64,000 bases of DNA from Candidatus Bathyarchaeota archaeon (GCA_963827165.1 CAWGZR010000003.1:224001-288000), one strand, 5' to 3'. Counted from the first letter of the stretch, positions 19,713 to 30,026 are shown. Program-made: numbers and translations. Notes: generated from the sequence alone by a model not told the origin.

Positions 19713-21381
19713 GTGGTTGCAGCTGTTAGAAGTATGCCTCCCACAAAGAAACTTCGCAGAAAGAATCTATCACTGATCATGATCTTAGCGCTAATTCTTA
19801 CGCCCATTGCGTTGGCGGCAACATCCAGCACCCAATCGGGCCCAGTCCAGTTGACGACAACAACTGAGTATACTAATTACGTGCATAACTTCGTCGGTCC
19901 TTTGGGAAACTGCACTTATATTGAAAAACCAATGTTCCCCGTGTTGATCAAGAACAATCAAATCGCGATTGGCGGAAACTGGACAATAATCTGTCCGCTG
20001 GAAGAGGGCCACAACTACCATATCTATTTCTACGGTTCCTACATAAACATGACCTCGGTTGCAAAAACCGACTATAATCTTTATGTCTACGATCCGCAGG
20101 GAAAACTGGAAAGTTGCCATACCCAATCAGCGGGTCTCCCTGAACACTTGGGTACAAATGTCAGCACCCCTCTCTTTACGCCTTTGTTTACGGGCAACTA
20201 TACGTTTGTCATAAACAATAACCTGGTTGATAGTGAAAGCGCTCAGGAAGCCACATTCATGATTATGGAAAACCTGCAGACAAACCAATGGTATTCCACT
20301 TACATGGTGGGTGCAAACTGCAACAGTCCTACATTCCTAACGAATTGGGCTTACGAATTTGAAACCAATGCGTCAACAGTTGATTTGTATGTAAAAGTTC
20401 CAAACACACTGGACATGTACGAGGCCAGACTTTATTTGATGAACAATGCGCAAAGCCCAACTTTAGATGATTTTCCGCTGCCTTGGGAAGCCGGCTTGTA
20501 TGGCAATTTGAGCAGCCCGGTCGGCGGCTACAACTTTGAACCCAACAGCTATAGAGGCGTGGCCTATGCAAGCTGCGAGTACATGGGACAGCCAATGTTC
20601 CTCAATTACACTTCGCCCAATAAAGGAGCCAACCTCTACCAGCTAGTGCTCATGGCCGAGGTAGGTTCAGGAAGCATATCCTTTATGATTAAAACCGACT
20701 TTGAAAATGCCACTTTGAGTCCGGTTATAATTCCAAGTAAGGTAGTCCCTAACAACGCAACCCAAGTTGCCTTCACATCACCTAACGATACTTTGGCGTC
20801 GGCTCAGCTGTCCTATTCCTTGGACAACTGGAACAGCAGCAACACAGTTGACATGCAGGTTAGCAACCAAACATGCAGCGGCATCATTCCAGGCCAAAAA
20901 CTTGGGGCATTTGTGCAATACAGAGTTAATGCAACCGACATACTGATGAACAGCTTGGAAGCTTCGGGCAGCTACATTGTGAAGGAAACTCCAGCGTTTA
21001 ACATCACGATCGCCAAAGATAAAATAATGCTTGGGCAAAATGTGGAAGTGCAAGGAGCCATAACGCCATCGCCACTTTCAAACGACTCAATGGTTTTTGT
21101 TAGGTTCGCGTCTACCGATACCGTCAGAACTCTAAATTGCACACTCAAAGCCGACGGCACCTTCGATGCCAACTGGAAGCCAAACTCGTCGGGGGTATGG
21201 GTTGTATCGGCGAGTTCAAGCGAGACCCAGGTGACCTTTGCGGCTGACAGCCAATCTTTAACCTTAACGGTTGACCCGGCAGCCCCTCTACGTCAGGTAC
21301 TCTCTTTACCTAATAATCGGGTTCGTGGCCCTTTGCGCAATTGGGGGAGTCTCTTACTTCATAAGTTCAAGACGAAGCTAA
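19713..21381 (+). CDS. Secreted surface protein with Ig-like C-terminal domain and TM anchor (+1 frameshift near 21278)
   Basis: Signal peptide. The alternative frame gives QPLYVRYSLYLIIGFVALCAIGGVSYFISSRRS*, a TM anchor. The ORF-track tail beyond this point is likely spurious. Confidence 0.7.
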
Positions 21382-21528
21382 CCTCAAAAATAGCTTTTTT
21401 GATTTCTGGATTCACTTCGATTTTTGAAAATGGAATAAAAGGAATAGGCATTAAGCGCAACCAGCCCGTTAGATCAATAAAAAGCCTTATCTGATATTGA
21501 ACATTATTTTTTGGAGGGATGAAAACCT

Positions 21529-21849
21529 GTGAACGAGATGGAAGATTTCTTTCCTGCTTTGGATGAAAAAGAACTCAAAGAGGGCACAATGAAGCTTGTT
21601 TCAGTTGAAGGCACGCCGATCTTGTTCATTAAGCGATTCGGCGAGATTTTCGCAATTGATAACCGATGCCCACATCAAGGCTGCGGTTTCTCTGGAGGAG
21701 CGTTGGATGGCGGGGTAATTGTTTGTCCTTGTCACGATTGGCGTTTTGACCTAAAAACAGGCAAATACGAAGAAGAGCCAGCATTCAATCTGACGAAGTA
21801 CGAATGGAAGATCAAAGACGGCAAAATCTGGGTAAAGCTCGAAGATTGA
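21529..21849 (+). CDS. Rieske [2Fe-2S] ferredoxin
   Basis: CPHQG...CPCHDWRF motifs. Confidence 0.92.
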   Translation: MNEMEDFFPALDEKELKEGTMKLVSVEGTPILFIKRFGEIFAIDNRCPHQGCGFSGGALDGGVIVCPCHDWRFDLKTGKYEEEPAFNLTKYEWKIKDGKIWVKLED

Positions 21850-21878
21850 AAAAATTCCGAGTTAATAGCGGCTGACCT

Positions 21879-22811
21879 TCAATCTGCGGGGCATGAAATA
21901 ACTTCATTTTTAAATTTGAAGCCTTTGCAAAAGTCCCAGAAGGCTTCGGCTATTTTGAGAAGAGGCTTTTTCGACTTAACCATGTAGAGTTTTCGTGGGT
22001 TTTTTGCTTCTTTGATTTTGACTATTTTTATTAGCCCTGCGGCTCGAGCCTTTTTGGCGGCGATCGCGCTGACTATGCTTACGCCGCGTCCTTCCGAAAC
22101 AGCAGTAATCACGGATTCTGTGCTTCCAAGCTCTAACCCCACCTTCAACCGCTCAACTGGGAATCCGCTGGTTTGAAGCAGGCGCTCGACTTCTTTTCTT
22201 GTTCCTGAGGTCTCTTCTCGACTGATAAAGGGAAACTTGATTAATTCAGAGAGTTTTGCGGTTTCTTGCTTTGCTAATTCGTGATTGCACGGAACAATTA
22301 GGACTAGTTCTTCTTCGCCGACTGGGAGGAAATCAAATTTCTCTTCGAAGCCTTGGATTGTGCCGACGGCTGCAAAATCGACGCTGTCAGTTTCAAGGCT
22401 TTTTAGACTGTTGAGGCTGTCCTCCGCTTTTATTTTGAATTTTATTTCGGGATGTAGCTTTTGAAATTCAGCGGTGAAGCTGGGAATGAGGTGCTCTTCA
22501 GGTATGGTACTTGCGGCAATTCTTATTGTGCCCGACAGGTTTTGTTTGGCTGAGGAAATTTTAGCCTTCACTTCGTGGGCTTGTTGAAGCATTCTTTCCG
22601 CAGTTTCCTTTAGCGTTATTCCAGCAGCAGTGAGTTCCACTCCGTTGGCCGCTCGCTTGAATAATTCAGCGTCAAAATATTCCTCTAACACCGCCACGTG
22701 GTGGCTTATTGTGCCTTGGCTTGTTCCAAGTTCCTTAGCGGCTGCTGAGAAGCTACGGGTTCTTGCCACAGTGAGGAATGTTCGGAGGTAATCGAGCCTG
22801 ATTGTTTCCAT
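21879..22811 (-). CDS. LysR-family regulator (CysL-like/selenium-metabolism-associated type)
   Basis: HTH SFSAAAKELGTSQGTIS, IRIAASTIPEE, FISREETSGTR, ELGSTESVITAV. Divergent from dsrE. Confidence 0.9.
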   Translation of the reverse strand: METIRLDYLRTFLTVARTRSFSAAAKELGTSQGTISHHVAVLEEYFDAELFKRAANGVELTAAGITLKETAERMLQQAHEVKAKISSAKQNLSGTIRIAASTIPEEHLIPSFTAEFQKLHPEIKFKIKAEDSLNSLKSLETDSVDFAAVGTIQGFEEKFDFLPVGEEELVLIVPCNHELAKQETAKLSELIKFPFISREETSGTRKEVERLLQTSGFPVERLKVGLELGSTESVITAVSEGRGVSIVSAIAAKKARAAGLIKIVKIKEAKNPRKLYMVKSKKPLLKIAEAFWDFCKGFKFKNEVISCPAD

Positions 22812-22881
22812 TGATGAAGTGTGCCTTCTGTTAGTTGTTTAACTGATGTTGGCTATTTGTTTTTTGTTTAGAAAAACCTTA

Positions 22882-22900
22882 TATCAGTTTTTTTAATAAT
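22882..22900. promoter_or_regulatory. Candidate LysR operator TATCAG-N6-TAATAAT (second copy at 23540-23558)
   Basis: Same 13 flanking bases upstream of dsrE and of the double-cubane gene. Contains T-N11-A. Confidence 0.55.
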
Positions 22901-22928
22901 CAATATTAGGTTATTTGAGGCTGAAAAC

Positions 22929-23279
22929 ATGGCAACATTCACCCTGATAATATATGAGGCACCTTACGCAAAGGAACGAGCTCTATCCGCACTTCGATTC
23001 GCATGGACATGCGACATTGAAGGGCACAAAGTAAGAATCTGGCTCTTCGAAAACGGCGTTTACCTGGCAAAAAAAGGCCAAAAACCTGCCCAAGGATTAA
23101 CCAACTACGGCCAAATGCTGGAGGATTTAATGAAGGGCGGTGCCGAAGTGAAAGCCTGTGTAGTTTGCGTTGATGCTCGCGGCTTAACCCAAGCTGACCT
23201 TATTGACGGGGTCAAAATTGCGACTGTTCATGAGCTTGTTGAATGGACTGTTAACAGTGACAAAGTAATAACGTTCTAG
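22929..23279 (+). CDS. DsrE/TusD-family sulfur (or selenium) relay protein
   Basis: APY..ER..SALRFA, LFENGVYLA, ACVVCVDARG. Confidence 0.88.
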   Translation: MATFTLIIYEAPYAKERALSALRFAWTCDIEGHKVRIWLFENGVYLAKKGQKPAQGLTNYGQMLEDLMKGGAEVKACVVCVDARGLTQADLIDGVKIATVHELVEWTVNSDKVITF

Positions 23280-23288
23280 TGGCAGCGT

Positions 23289-23516
23289 TTGGTAACCGAA
23301 AAGTTAGATGTAAAAGGAAAAATGTGTCCCATGCCAGTGGCGTTTACTAAGCGCAAGCTGGAAACCATGTTTTCTGGACAGCTACTTGAGGTTGTTGGGG
23401 AAGGAGAGTTAGAGTTTGATAATGTTCAGCGTTGGGTTAGGAATAACGGGCATGAGGTTGTTGAAGCCTCCAAGTCTGGGGCTGAGTTTAGGGTTTTAAT
23501 CAAGAAACACGGATAG
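23289..23516 (+). CDS. TusA/SirA-family sulfur carrier
   Basis: LDVKGKMCPMP motif, 75 aa. Confidence 0.9.
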   Translation: MVTEKLDVKGKMCPMPVAFTKRKLETMFSGQLLEVVGEGELEFDNVQRWVRNNGHEVVEASKSGAEFRVLIKKHG

Positions 23517-23587
23517 CCATCAATTTTTTTAATATTTGTTATCAGAAAAATTAATAATGCTGCTCGAATAACATTCCACATCGGTGT

Positions 23588-24883
23588 GTGAAAACAATGG
23601 CAGAAAAATACGTCGAAATGTGGAAAAGTTTAGGAATGGATCTTGAAAGACACGACCAACTTCTAAAAGGTTTAGGACAGTACTACACCAGCGCAGTCAT
23701 GTCCCAAAAAAACAGGCCTAAAAAAATGGATTACTTCGATTTTGTGGTCTCCGAAGTCCACGGCCTGAGAATCAAAGAACTCAATGACCTCAGAGCAAAG
23801 GGAAAAAAAGTAGTCGGTGCTTTTTGCATTTATGCCCCTGAAGAAATAGCTTATGCGGCAGATGCCACAATGGTCGGTTTGTGCGCGGGTGCAGACTTCT
23901 CAGTCCCAGACGCAGAAGCGGTTCTACCCAGAAACCTATGTCCTCTAATCAAGTCATTTTACGGATTCAAATTAAACCGGACCTGTCCCTACTTTCAATC
24001 CAGTGACCTAGTAGTCGGAGAGACAACATGCGACGGCAAAAAGAAAGTCTACGAGTTACTTAACGAGCTTGTACCAACCTACGTGCTGGAAGTCCCCCAC
24101 AAACCCGACACCAAACAAGGAAAAGAGGTCTGGTTTAAAGAATTAGAAGCCTTCAAAACCGAGATTGAAAAGCTCACAGGCAACAGGATAACAGCTCAGA
24201 AACTAAAAGAAGCTATTGAACTAATAAACGGCAAACGCAGAGCCCTAAAGCGCCTGTCGGACTTGCGCGCAAATTCACCCTCACCAATCAGCGGTTTAGA
24301 CGGCTTACTTATTGACCAGATAGGCTTCATGGACGACGTCAAACGGTTCACCGCAAAAGTAAACGAGCTTTGTGACGAACTGGACCGACGCGTAAAAGAA
24401 GGCAAAGGCGTCGCAAGCAAGGATGCCCCGAGAATAATGATTTCGGGTTCTCCAATGGCGGTTCCTAACTGGAAAGTTCACAGTATCGCCGAGTCACTTG
24501 GAGCTACAGTGGTTACTGAAGAAAGCTGCGTCGGAACAAGATACTTCACTGACCTGGTAGAACCGAAGGGTGAAAGCTTGAATGATTTGCTTTGGGCCAT
24601 AGACGAAAAATACGCGATGATACCGTGCGCCTGCTTCACACCAAACAATAGACGCGTAGAAAGCATTACCCAACTTGCCAAGCAATTCAACGTAGAAGGC
24701 GTCATCTACTATACATTGCAAAACTGCCACGACTACAACGTCGAAGGCGTAAAAATAGACCGAGTACTAAAAGCAAAAGGTTTGCCTATGCTAAAAATTG
24801 AAACCGACTACACAATGGGCGATTCAGAGCAAATCAAAACCAGAATAGAAGCTTTCATGGAAATAATAGCGGCGAAAAGGTAA
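23588..24883 (+). CDS. Double-cubane-cluster protein (2-hydroxyacyl-CoA dehydratase D family)
   Basis: GAFCIYAPEE, GLCAG, RNLCPLIK, TCPY, GETTCDGKKK, ESCVG, PCAC, NCHDY, KIETDY...TRIEAF. Confidence 0.85.
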   Translation: MKTMAEKYVEMWKSLGMDLERHDQLLKGLGQYYTSAVMSQKNRPKKMDYFDFVVSEVHGLRIKELNDLRAKGKKVVGAFCIYAPEEIAYAADATMVGLCAGADFSVPDAEAVLPRNLCPLIKSFYGFKLNRTCPYFQSSDLVVGETTCDGKKKVYELLNELVPTYVLEVPHKPDTKQGKEVWFKELEAFKTEIEKLTGNRITAQKLKEAIELINGKRRALKRLSDLRANSPSPISGLDGLLIDQIGFMDDVKRFTAKVNELCDELDRRVKEGKGVASKDAPRIMISGSPMAVPNWKVHSIAESLGATVVTEESCVGTRYFTDLVEPKGESLNDLLWAIDEKYAMIPCACFTPNNRRVESITQLAKQFNVEGVIYYTLQNCHDYNVEGVKIDRVLKAKGLPMLKIETDYTMGDSEQIKTRIEAFMEIIAAKR

Positions 24884-24982
24884 AACGCCTTTTCATTTTT
24901 TTCCTTTTTAAATATTTTTTAATTACCGAATCTAAAATATCAATGGCGCATAAAATTAAATCAAGGGCAGGAGAAAACACAC

Positions 24983-26002
24983 ATGTCTTACAGGTTAACT
25001 AAAGTTGTTCCAGTTCACGGTTGCAGCTGCAAGCTTCCGCAGTATCAACTGGGCAGATTGCTCGATGAGGCGGGGTTGTCAGGTGACCTAGGCGAGGCTG
25101 TACTGGCGGGTCCATGGGAAAACTCCAGCGTCGTGAAAATTGCCGAGGGCATCGCGGTTCTAAACACTTTGGATTTTTTCACACCTATGGTTGATGAACC
25201 CGAAATTCAAGGCAGAATCGCAGGCAGCAACGTGACTAGCGACATTTACGCTTTAGCAGTAACAGACATTGTTAGTGTTTTGTCAATTATGGCGTTTCCT
25301 GAAAACATGCCTGACGAACTCGCAGTTGGCATGCTGAAAGGGTTTGGCGACTTCTGCCGTGAAATGGGCGCCCCAGTTGTTGGCGGACACACGATTCGGA
25401 ACCCTTGGCCAATCATCGGCGGAGCAGCAACGGGTGTGGGTGACCCAGATAAGATTGTTTACACCAAGGGCGCAAGAGATGGTGACCTTTTGTTCTTGAC
25501 AAAGCCTCTTGGGATTGCTCCTGCAATGGCTGCGTATAGGCTAAGAAAAGAAGACGAAGGAAAAGAATTACTCCAAGAAATCCCCAATGAGCTGGTTGAA
25601 GCGGCAGTTGATGAAGCAATCGAGGGAATGATCAGTTCCAATAAGCCTGTTGCCGAAGCCATGCAGAAAGTTCCAGTTCACGCGGCAACTGACGTAACGG
25701 GTTTCGGACTTGTAGGTCACGCGGGAAACATGGCTGTGCTGGGCAAAGTTGACATCGTGATTAACCAGATAGCAGTGATCCGTGGGACACCTGTTCTTGC
25801 GGACCTTTTCGGATATCCGTTGTTGACTGGTGAAGCGAAGGAAACTGCAGGCGGAATGCTGATTGCCTTGGCCAAAGAAGACGCAGATGACCTGCTAAAC
25901 GAGTTGGATAAGCGTGGCGTTCGGCATTTTGAGGTTGGCTACGTGACTAAGGGAAACGGCAACGTGAACGTTCTGAAAAGCGCGAAAGTGACCGAGGCAT
26001 AG
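24983..26002 (+). CDS. selD: Selenophosphate synthetase SelD, Cys form
   Basis: HGCSCKLP, DFFTPMVD, SNVTSDIYA, GGHTIRNPWP, LTKPLG, ATDVTGFGL, ETAGGML. Confidence 0.88.
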   Translation: MSYRLTKVVPVHGCSCKLPQYQLGRLLDEAGLSGDLGEAVLAGPWENSSVVKIAEGIAVLNTLDFFTPMVDEPEIQGRIAGSNVTSDIYALAVTDIVSVLSIMAFPENMPDELAVGMLKGFGDFCREMGAPVVGGHTIRNPWPIIGGAATGVGDPDKIVYTKGARDGDLLFLTKPLGIAPAMAAYRLRKEDEGKELLQEIPNELVEAAVDEAIEGMISSNKPVAEAMQKVPVHAATDVTGFGLVGHAGNMAVLGKVDIVINQIAVIRGTPVLADLFGYPLLTGEAKETAGGMLIALAKEDADDLLNELDKRGVRHFEVGYVTKGNGNVNVLKSAKVTEA

Positions 26003-26133
26003 AGTAGGCGAAGCGTTCAGCAAGCAGAAGCAGGTATGCACGCGGGTAGTGGCGGGCAAGTATTGCAATTTTTTTTTGCAGGTGACCTTCGCGCAATATA
26101 TATTGGTTAAGAAGCGTACTAAATCTAATCATC

Positions 26134-27189
26134 TTGCGTTTATGTGAGGGAAAACACTTGGAACGGGAAAGAAAAATCATGTCTGCCGGCAAATCGTCAC
26201 TCGTAGTCTCACTTCCCAAAGAATGGATGCAGCTAAACGAACTGAAAAAAGGCGACACAGTCTCATTCAACATTCAGCGGGACCGCTCGTTGGTGGTCTA
26301 CCCAAGCACCAGCAGAAAAGCCGTTCCCAAAGAGATAACGCTAAGCGTAGGTCACGGCGACGAGGAAATCCTGATTTCCCAAAAAATTTTGGGGGCTTTT
26401 CTGAACGGATACACGGAAATTATGCTGACATCGGAGAGCATTTTCACTGTTCCCCAAACCAAAGCGATCCGCGCTATGGCTGGAAGGCTTTACATGAGAG
26501 TCATGGAGGCTGACCCGAAATGCGTGTATATCCAAAACTTGATTGACGAGTCGAAGGCGTCGTTGGATCAGGCGACGCAACGCATGCACATGATTTCGCG
26601 TTCAATGTGTGAGGGAGCCATAAATGCGTTGAAAAACGGTGACGTAGCATTAGCAAGGTCGGTTTTTTCGCTCGACGATGACGTTGACCACTTCGCCTTC
26701 TTTATACTTAGGATTTTGCGCAACGCCGCGCAGGACCCCGTGCTTGCCAACGAGATACATGTTGACCCATTAGACTGCATGGATCATCAAACGCTTGTTT
26801 ACCGGATGGAATACGCCGCAGACTATGCCGCAGATATCGCTAGGCATCTTGTCATGCTTAGCGGGACGCATCAAAAGATACCTGACGACGTTTTGGCGCT
26901 AATGATCGATGGCGGAACAGAAGCTGCAGACCTCTACGTTAAAGCAGTAGAAGCGTATTTCGCGAAAGACGTGTCTGCCGCAGTCGAAATAATGAAGCAT
27001 GAGTCAAGAATGGACAGGCTTGAAGTTGAAATAGCCTCCAAAGCATTCACTGGAACACAAAAAAGCGCAGAGCTCGTTTGCGCCATCTGCTCTATACGCG
27101 ACAACATAAAGAGGATTTCACATTGCGCCTTCAGCATCGCTGAAATCGCAGTTAACCGAGCATTTAAGATGGTTAATCCCGACGCGTAA
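26134..27189 (+). CDS. AbrB-PhoU phosphate uptake regulator family protein
   Basis: RKIMSAGKSSLVVSLPKEW AbrB domain plus PhoU repeats (DDDVD). Confidence 0.88.
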   Translation: MRLCEGKHLERERKIMSAGKSSLVVSLPKEWMQLNELKKGDTVSFNIQRDRSLVVYPSTSRKAVPKEITLSVGHGDEEILISQKILGAFLNGYTEIMLTSESIFTVPQTKAIRAMAGRLYMRVMEADPKCVYIQNLIDESKASLDQATQRMHMISRSMCEGAINALKNGDVALARSVFSLDDDVDHFAFFILRILRNAAQDPVLANEIHVDPLDCMDHQTLVYRMEYAADYAADIARHLVMLSGTHQKIPDDVLALMIDGGTEAADLYVKAVEAYFAKDVSAAVEIMKHESRMDRLEVEIASKAFTGTQKSAELVCAICSIRDNIKRISHCAFSIAEIAVNRAFKMVNPDA

Positions 27190-28669
27190 GCGACGGCTTG
27201 GACGTTGCTTTGGCACCTAAAGCACCAATCAGCATATCCGTCTTGTCTATGCCTGTTCCGCTGAGGTAGCTGTGTATGCCCCTGGCAGCTATTTTCCCTG
27301 AACTCATGGCGCTTATGACCGTGGCTTCTCCCGTTGCTATGTCTCCGCCAGCGTAAACCGCTTCCACACTGGTTTTTCCCGTCTGAGGGTCAATCGCTAT
27401 AATGCCGCCGGCTAAGGTTTTGAGACCTTTTGTAGTTCCCTGAATTATCGGGTTTGGCGTGCGTCCAATGGCAACAATCACCGTATCCGCATCCATCATT
27501 GCCGTGGACCCCTTGATTGGGACGACTTTGCGTCTGCCTGCCGCATCAGGATCGCCAAGCTCCATCGAAACGTACTCCATACCCTTAACTTTGCCCTGCT
27601 CGTCGCCAACAAATCGTGTGGGCGCAACCAGAAACTTAAATGCGATTCCTTCTTCTTGCGCGTTTGAAATCTCCTCTCTGCGCGCAGGCATTTCGTCTCT
27701 TGACCGTCTATATGCAATAGTGACGGTTTTGACGCCAAGCCGCAGTGCACACCGTGCGGAATCTAAAGCGACGTTACCGCCGCCGATTACCAGCACGTTC
27801 TTGCCTATGTGTATGGGAGTCTTGAACTCGGGGAAGTTATACGATTTCATCAGGTTAACCCGAATCAGAAACTCGTTTGCAGAGTAAATACCGCTCAAGT
27901 TTTCACCTTCAACGCAGAGAAACTTGGGTAGTCCCGCACCCGTGGCCACAAAAACCGCGTCGAACCCAATCGTAAGCAGCTCCTCAACCGTATGCAATCT
28001 ACCTATCAAGGCATCCGCGTGTAATTCTACGCCAAGTTTTTCGACATAATCCACCTCCGCCTGAACGATTTGCTTTGGCAACCGAAACTCGGGAATCCCG
28101 TAAACCAACACTCCACCTGCAACATGAAGCGCTTCGTAAACTACTACCTTGTAGCCCAGCTTAGCTAAGTCAGCGGCAGTGGTTAAGCCGGAGGGTCCAG
28201 CACCCACTACGGCTACGCGTTTGCCGTTCAAAGATTCCACGACATGAACATCGACGCCTTTTGCCAACTCGAAGTCAGCGGCAAACCGCTCCAAACGACC
28301 GACAGAAACAGGTTCACCCTTCTTGCCCAACACGCAGTGCTTTTGACATTGCTCTTCCTGAGGGCAAACCCTGCCGCAGATAGCGGGCAAGCTGTTTCTC
28401 TCTTTAATCTTGAAAATTGCTTCCTGATACTTACGTTGTTTAATTAGCGAAATGAAGCCTGGAATGTCGACGCCTACCGGGCAGCCCTTTTTGCATTGGG
28501 GTTGTGGGCAGGTAAGGCATCTGGATGCTTCCGCTAAAGCCTCTTTCTCCGAATACCCTAATTCGACTTCTAAGAAGTTATTTGTTCGAGCTGATGCATC
28601 CTGTTTCGCAATCGGAACTGCTTTCAATCGACCCGGAAAATTGTTCATGCCAGCTACTTGTTGTGACAT
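27173..28669 (-). CDS. nfnB: NfnB/SudA (GltD-like) NADPH-dependent large subunit
   Basis: RCLTCPQPQCKKGCP, ICGRVCPQEEQC, VGAGPSG, IGGGNVALD, GGDIATG. Confidence 0.88.
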   Translation of the reverse strand: MSQQVAGMNNFPGRLKAVPIAKQDASARTNNFLEVELGYSEKEALAEASRCLTCPQPQCKKGCPVGVDIPGFISLIKQRKYQEAIFKIKERNSLPAICGRVCPQEEQCQKHCVLGKKGEPVSVGRLERFAADFELAKGVDVHVVESLNGKRVAVVGAGPSGLTTAADLAKLGYKVVVYEALHVAGGVLVYGIPEFRLPKQIVQAEVDYVEKLGVELHADALIGRLHTVEELLTIGFDAVFVATGAGLPKFLCVEGENLSGIYSANEFLIRVNLMKSYNFPEFKTPIHIGKNVLVIGGGNVALDSARCALRLGVKTVTIAYRRSRDEMPARREEISNAQEEGIAFKFLVAPTRFVGDEQGKVKGMEYVSMELGDPDAAGRRKVVPIKGSTAMMDADTVIVAIGRTPNPIIQGTTKGLKTLAGGIIAIDPQTGKTSVEAVYAGGDIATGEATVISAMSSGKIAARGIHSYLSGTGIDKTDMLIGALGAKATSKPSLTRRD

Positions 28670-29529
28670 GTGCAGTCTCTCCCAAAATTCTCTGTGATCT
28701 GACTGGTCAGTTTCTCTTCGTTTGAGTAGCTTCTAAGCCGCATCACCAATTCTTTGAAGTTGACTTGGTGAGCATCGAATTCGGGTCCTTCAACGCATGC
28801 AAACCGAACTTTGTCGGCGACTGAAACTCGGCATGCGCCGCACATCCCCATGCCATCCACCATAATCGGGTTCAAACTGACAATAGTTTTTATTTTATGG
28901 GGGCGTGTGGCTTCGGATACCGCATTCATCATCATTGGAGGCCCTACTGCATAAACAACATTGAAAGGTGATGTTCCTTGAGTTATCTGCGTCTTAAGTA
29001 CTTCCGTGACTAAGCCCGTCTGTCCTTTTGAACCGTCGTCAGTGGCGATGTAAAACTCGTCAGAGACCTGTTTCATTTCATTTTCCAAGATGAGCAGGTC
29101 TTTGTTTCTCGCACCCATAATGGTTACAACGATGTTGTTTGCTTCTTTCAAGGCTCTGGCTATTGGGTACGCAGCTGCTGTTCCGACCCCGCCACATACT
29201 ACAGCAATTTTGCCGTAGTTTTTTATGTCGCTTGGGTTCCCTAAGGGTCCCGCTAAATTTTGTATTTCTTCGCCTTCCAGTAGTTTGCCTAGCTCGATTG
29301 TTGAGAATCCTACCTCTTGGAATACAAGCGTGATTGTGCCAGCGCCTTTGTCCCACGCGGCTATCGTTAAGGGTATTCTTTCACTGTTAGGGCGCGTTTT
29401 TAGAATTACAAATTGGCCTGCTTTGGCTTTTTGGGCGATGTCTGGTGCATATATTTTAAGCAGTTTTACTTGTGAGTTTAATTGTTGTTTTTGGGTTATT
29501 TTGTATTGTTGACTCGAGGTTTTTTGCAT
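28654..29529 (-). CDS. nfnA: NfnA/SudB FAD/NAD-binding small subunit
   Basis: ERIPLTI, GPLGNP, MVDGMGMCGACRV, CVEGPEFD. Confidence 0.9.
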   Translation of the reverse strand: MQKTSSQQYKITQKQQLNSQVKLLKIYAPDIAQKAKAGQFVILKTRPNSERIPLTIAAWDKGAGTITLVFQEVGFSTIELGKLLEGEEIQNLAGPLGNPSDIKNYGKIAVVCGGVGTAAAYPIARALKEANNIVVTIMGARNKDLLILENEMKQVSDEFYIATDDGSKGQTGLVTEVLKTQITQGTSPFNVVYAVGPPMMMNAVSEATRPHKIKTIVSLNPIMVDGMGMCGACRVSVADKVRFACVEGPEFDAHQVNFKELVMRLRSYSNEEKLTSQITENFGRDCTCHNK

Positions 29530-29696
29530 GCTCTTTCACCATTCCAACTATAAGTATTACACTTACACGTAATTACGATAAGTACAAGTAATTAAGCGTT
29601 ATGCACATGCAAGCACGTCGCAACGAACAAAAATTGCAAAAAAGGAACATTAAAGTTTAAGTGGACTCAACAAGTAAATAAAACCAGTGACAAATC

Positions 29697-30026
29697 TTGT
29701 GTGCCCTCAAATACGCAGTGAAACTTTGGATGGTCAACGAGAAGAATGAATCAGTTTTCGGCGACGGCTTAGCTGAGCTTCTTGAAGAGATAACTAAATG
29801 TCATTCAATCTTGAAGGCTGCCGAAAATTTAGGGATGTCTTACCGATATGCATTGCACCGGATCACTCTGGCTGAGGGGCGCCTTGGGCAATTACTTGTA
29901 ATTCGTGTTCGGGGCGGCGCGATGGGCGGCGGGTCTTCAGAGGTTACCGATTTAGGATTAGACTTGGTTGAGCGTTATAGGAATGCTCAAGCGAAGCTTG
30001 ACGTGGAACTGAAAGAGATGCCCTAA
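29697..30026 (+). CDS. ModE-like winged-helix regulator (DNA-binding domain only)
   Basis: VFGDGLAELLEEI...SILKAAENLGMSYR...RGGAMGGGSSEVT, upstream of modABC. Confidence 0.85.
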   Translation: MCALKYAVKLWMVNEKNESVFGDGLAELLEEITKCHSILKAAENLGMSYRYALHRITLAEGRLGQLLVIRVRGGAMGGGSSEVTDLGLDLVERYRNAQAKLDVELKEMP

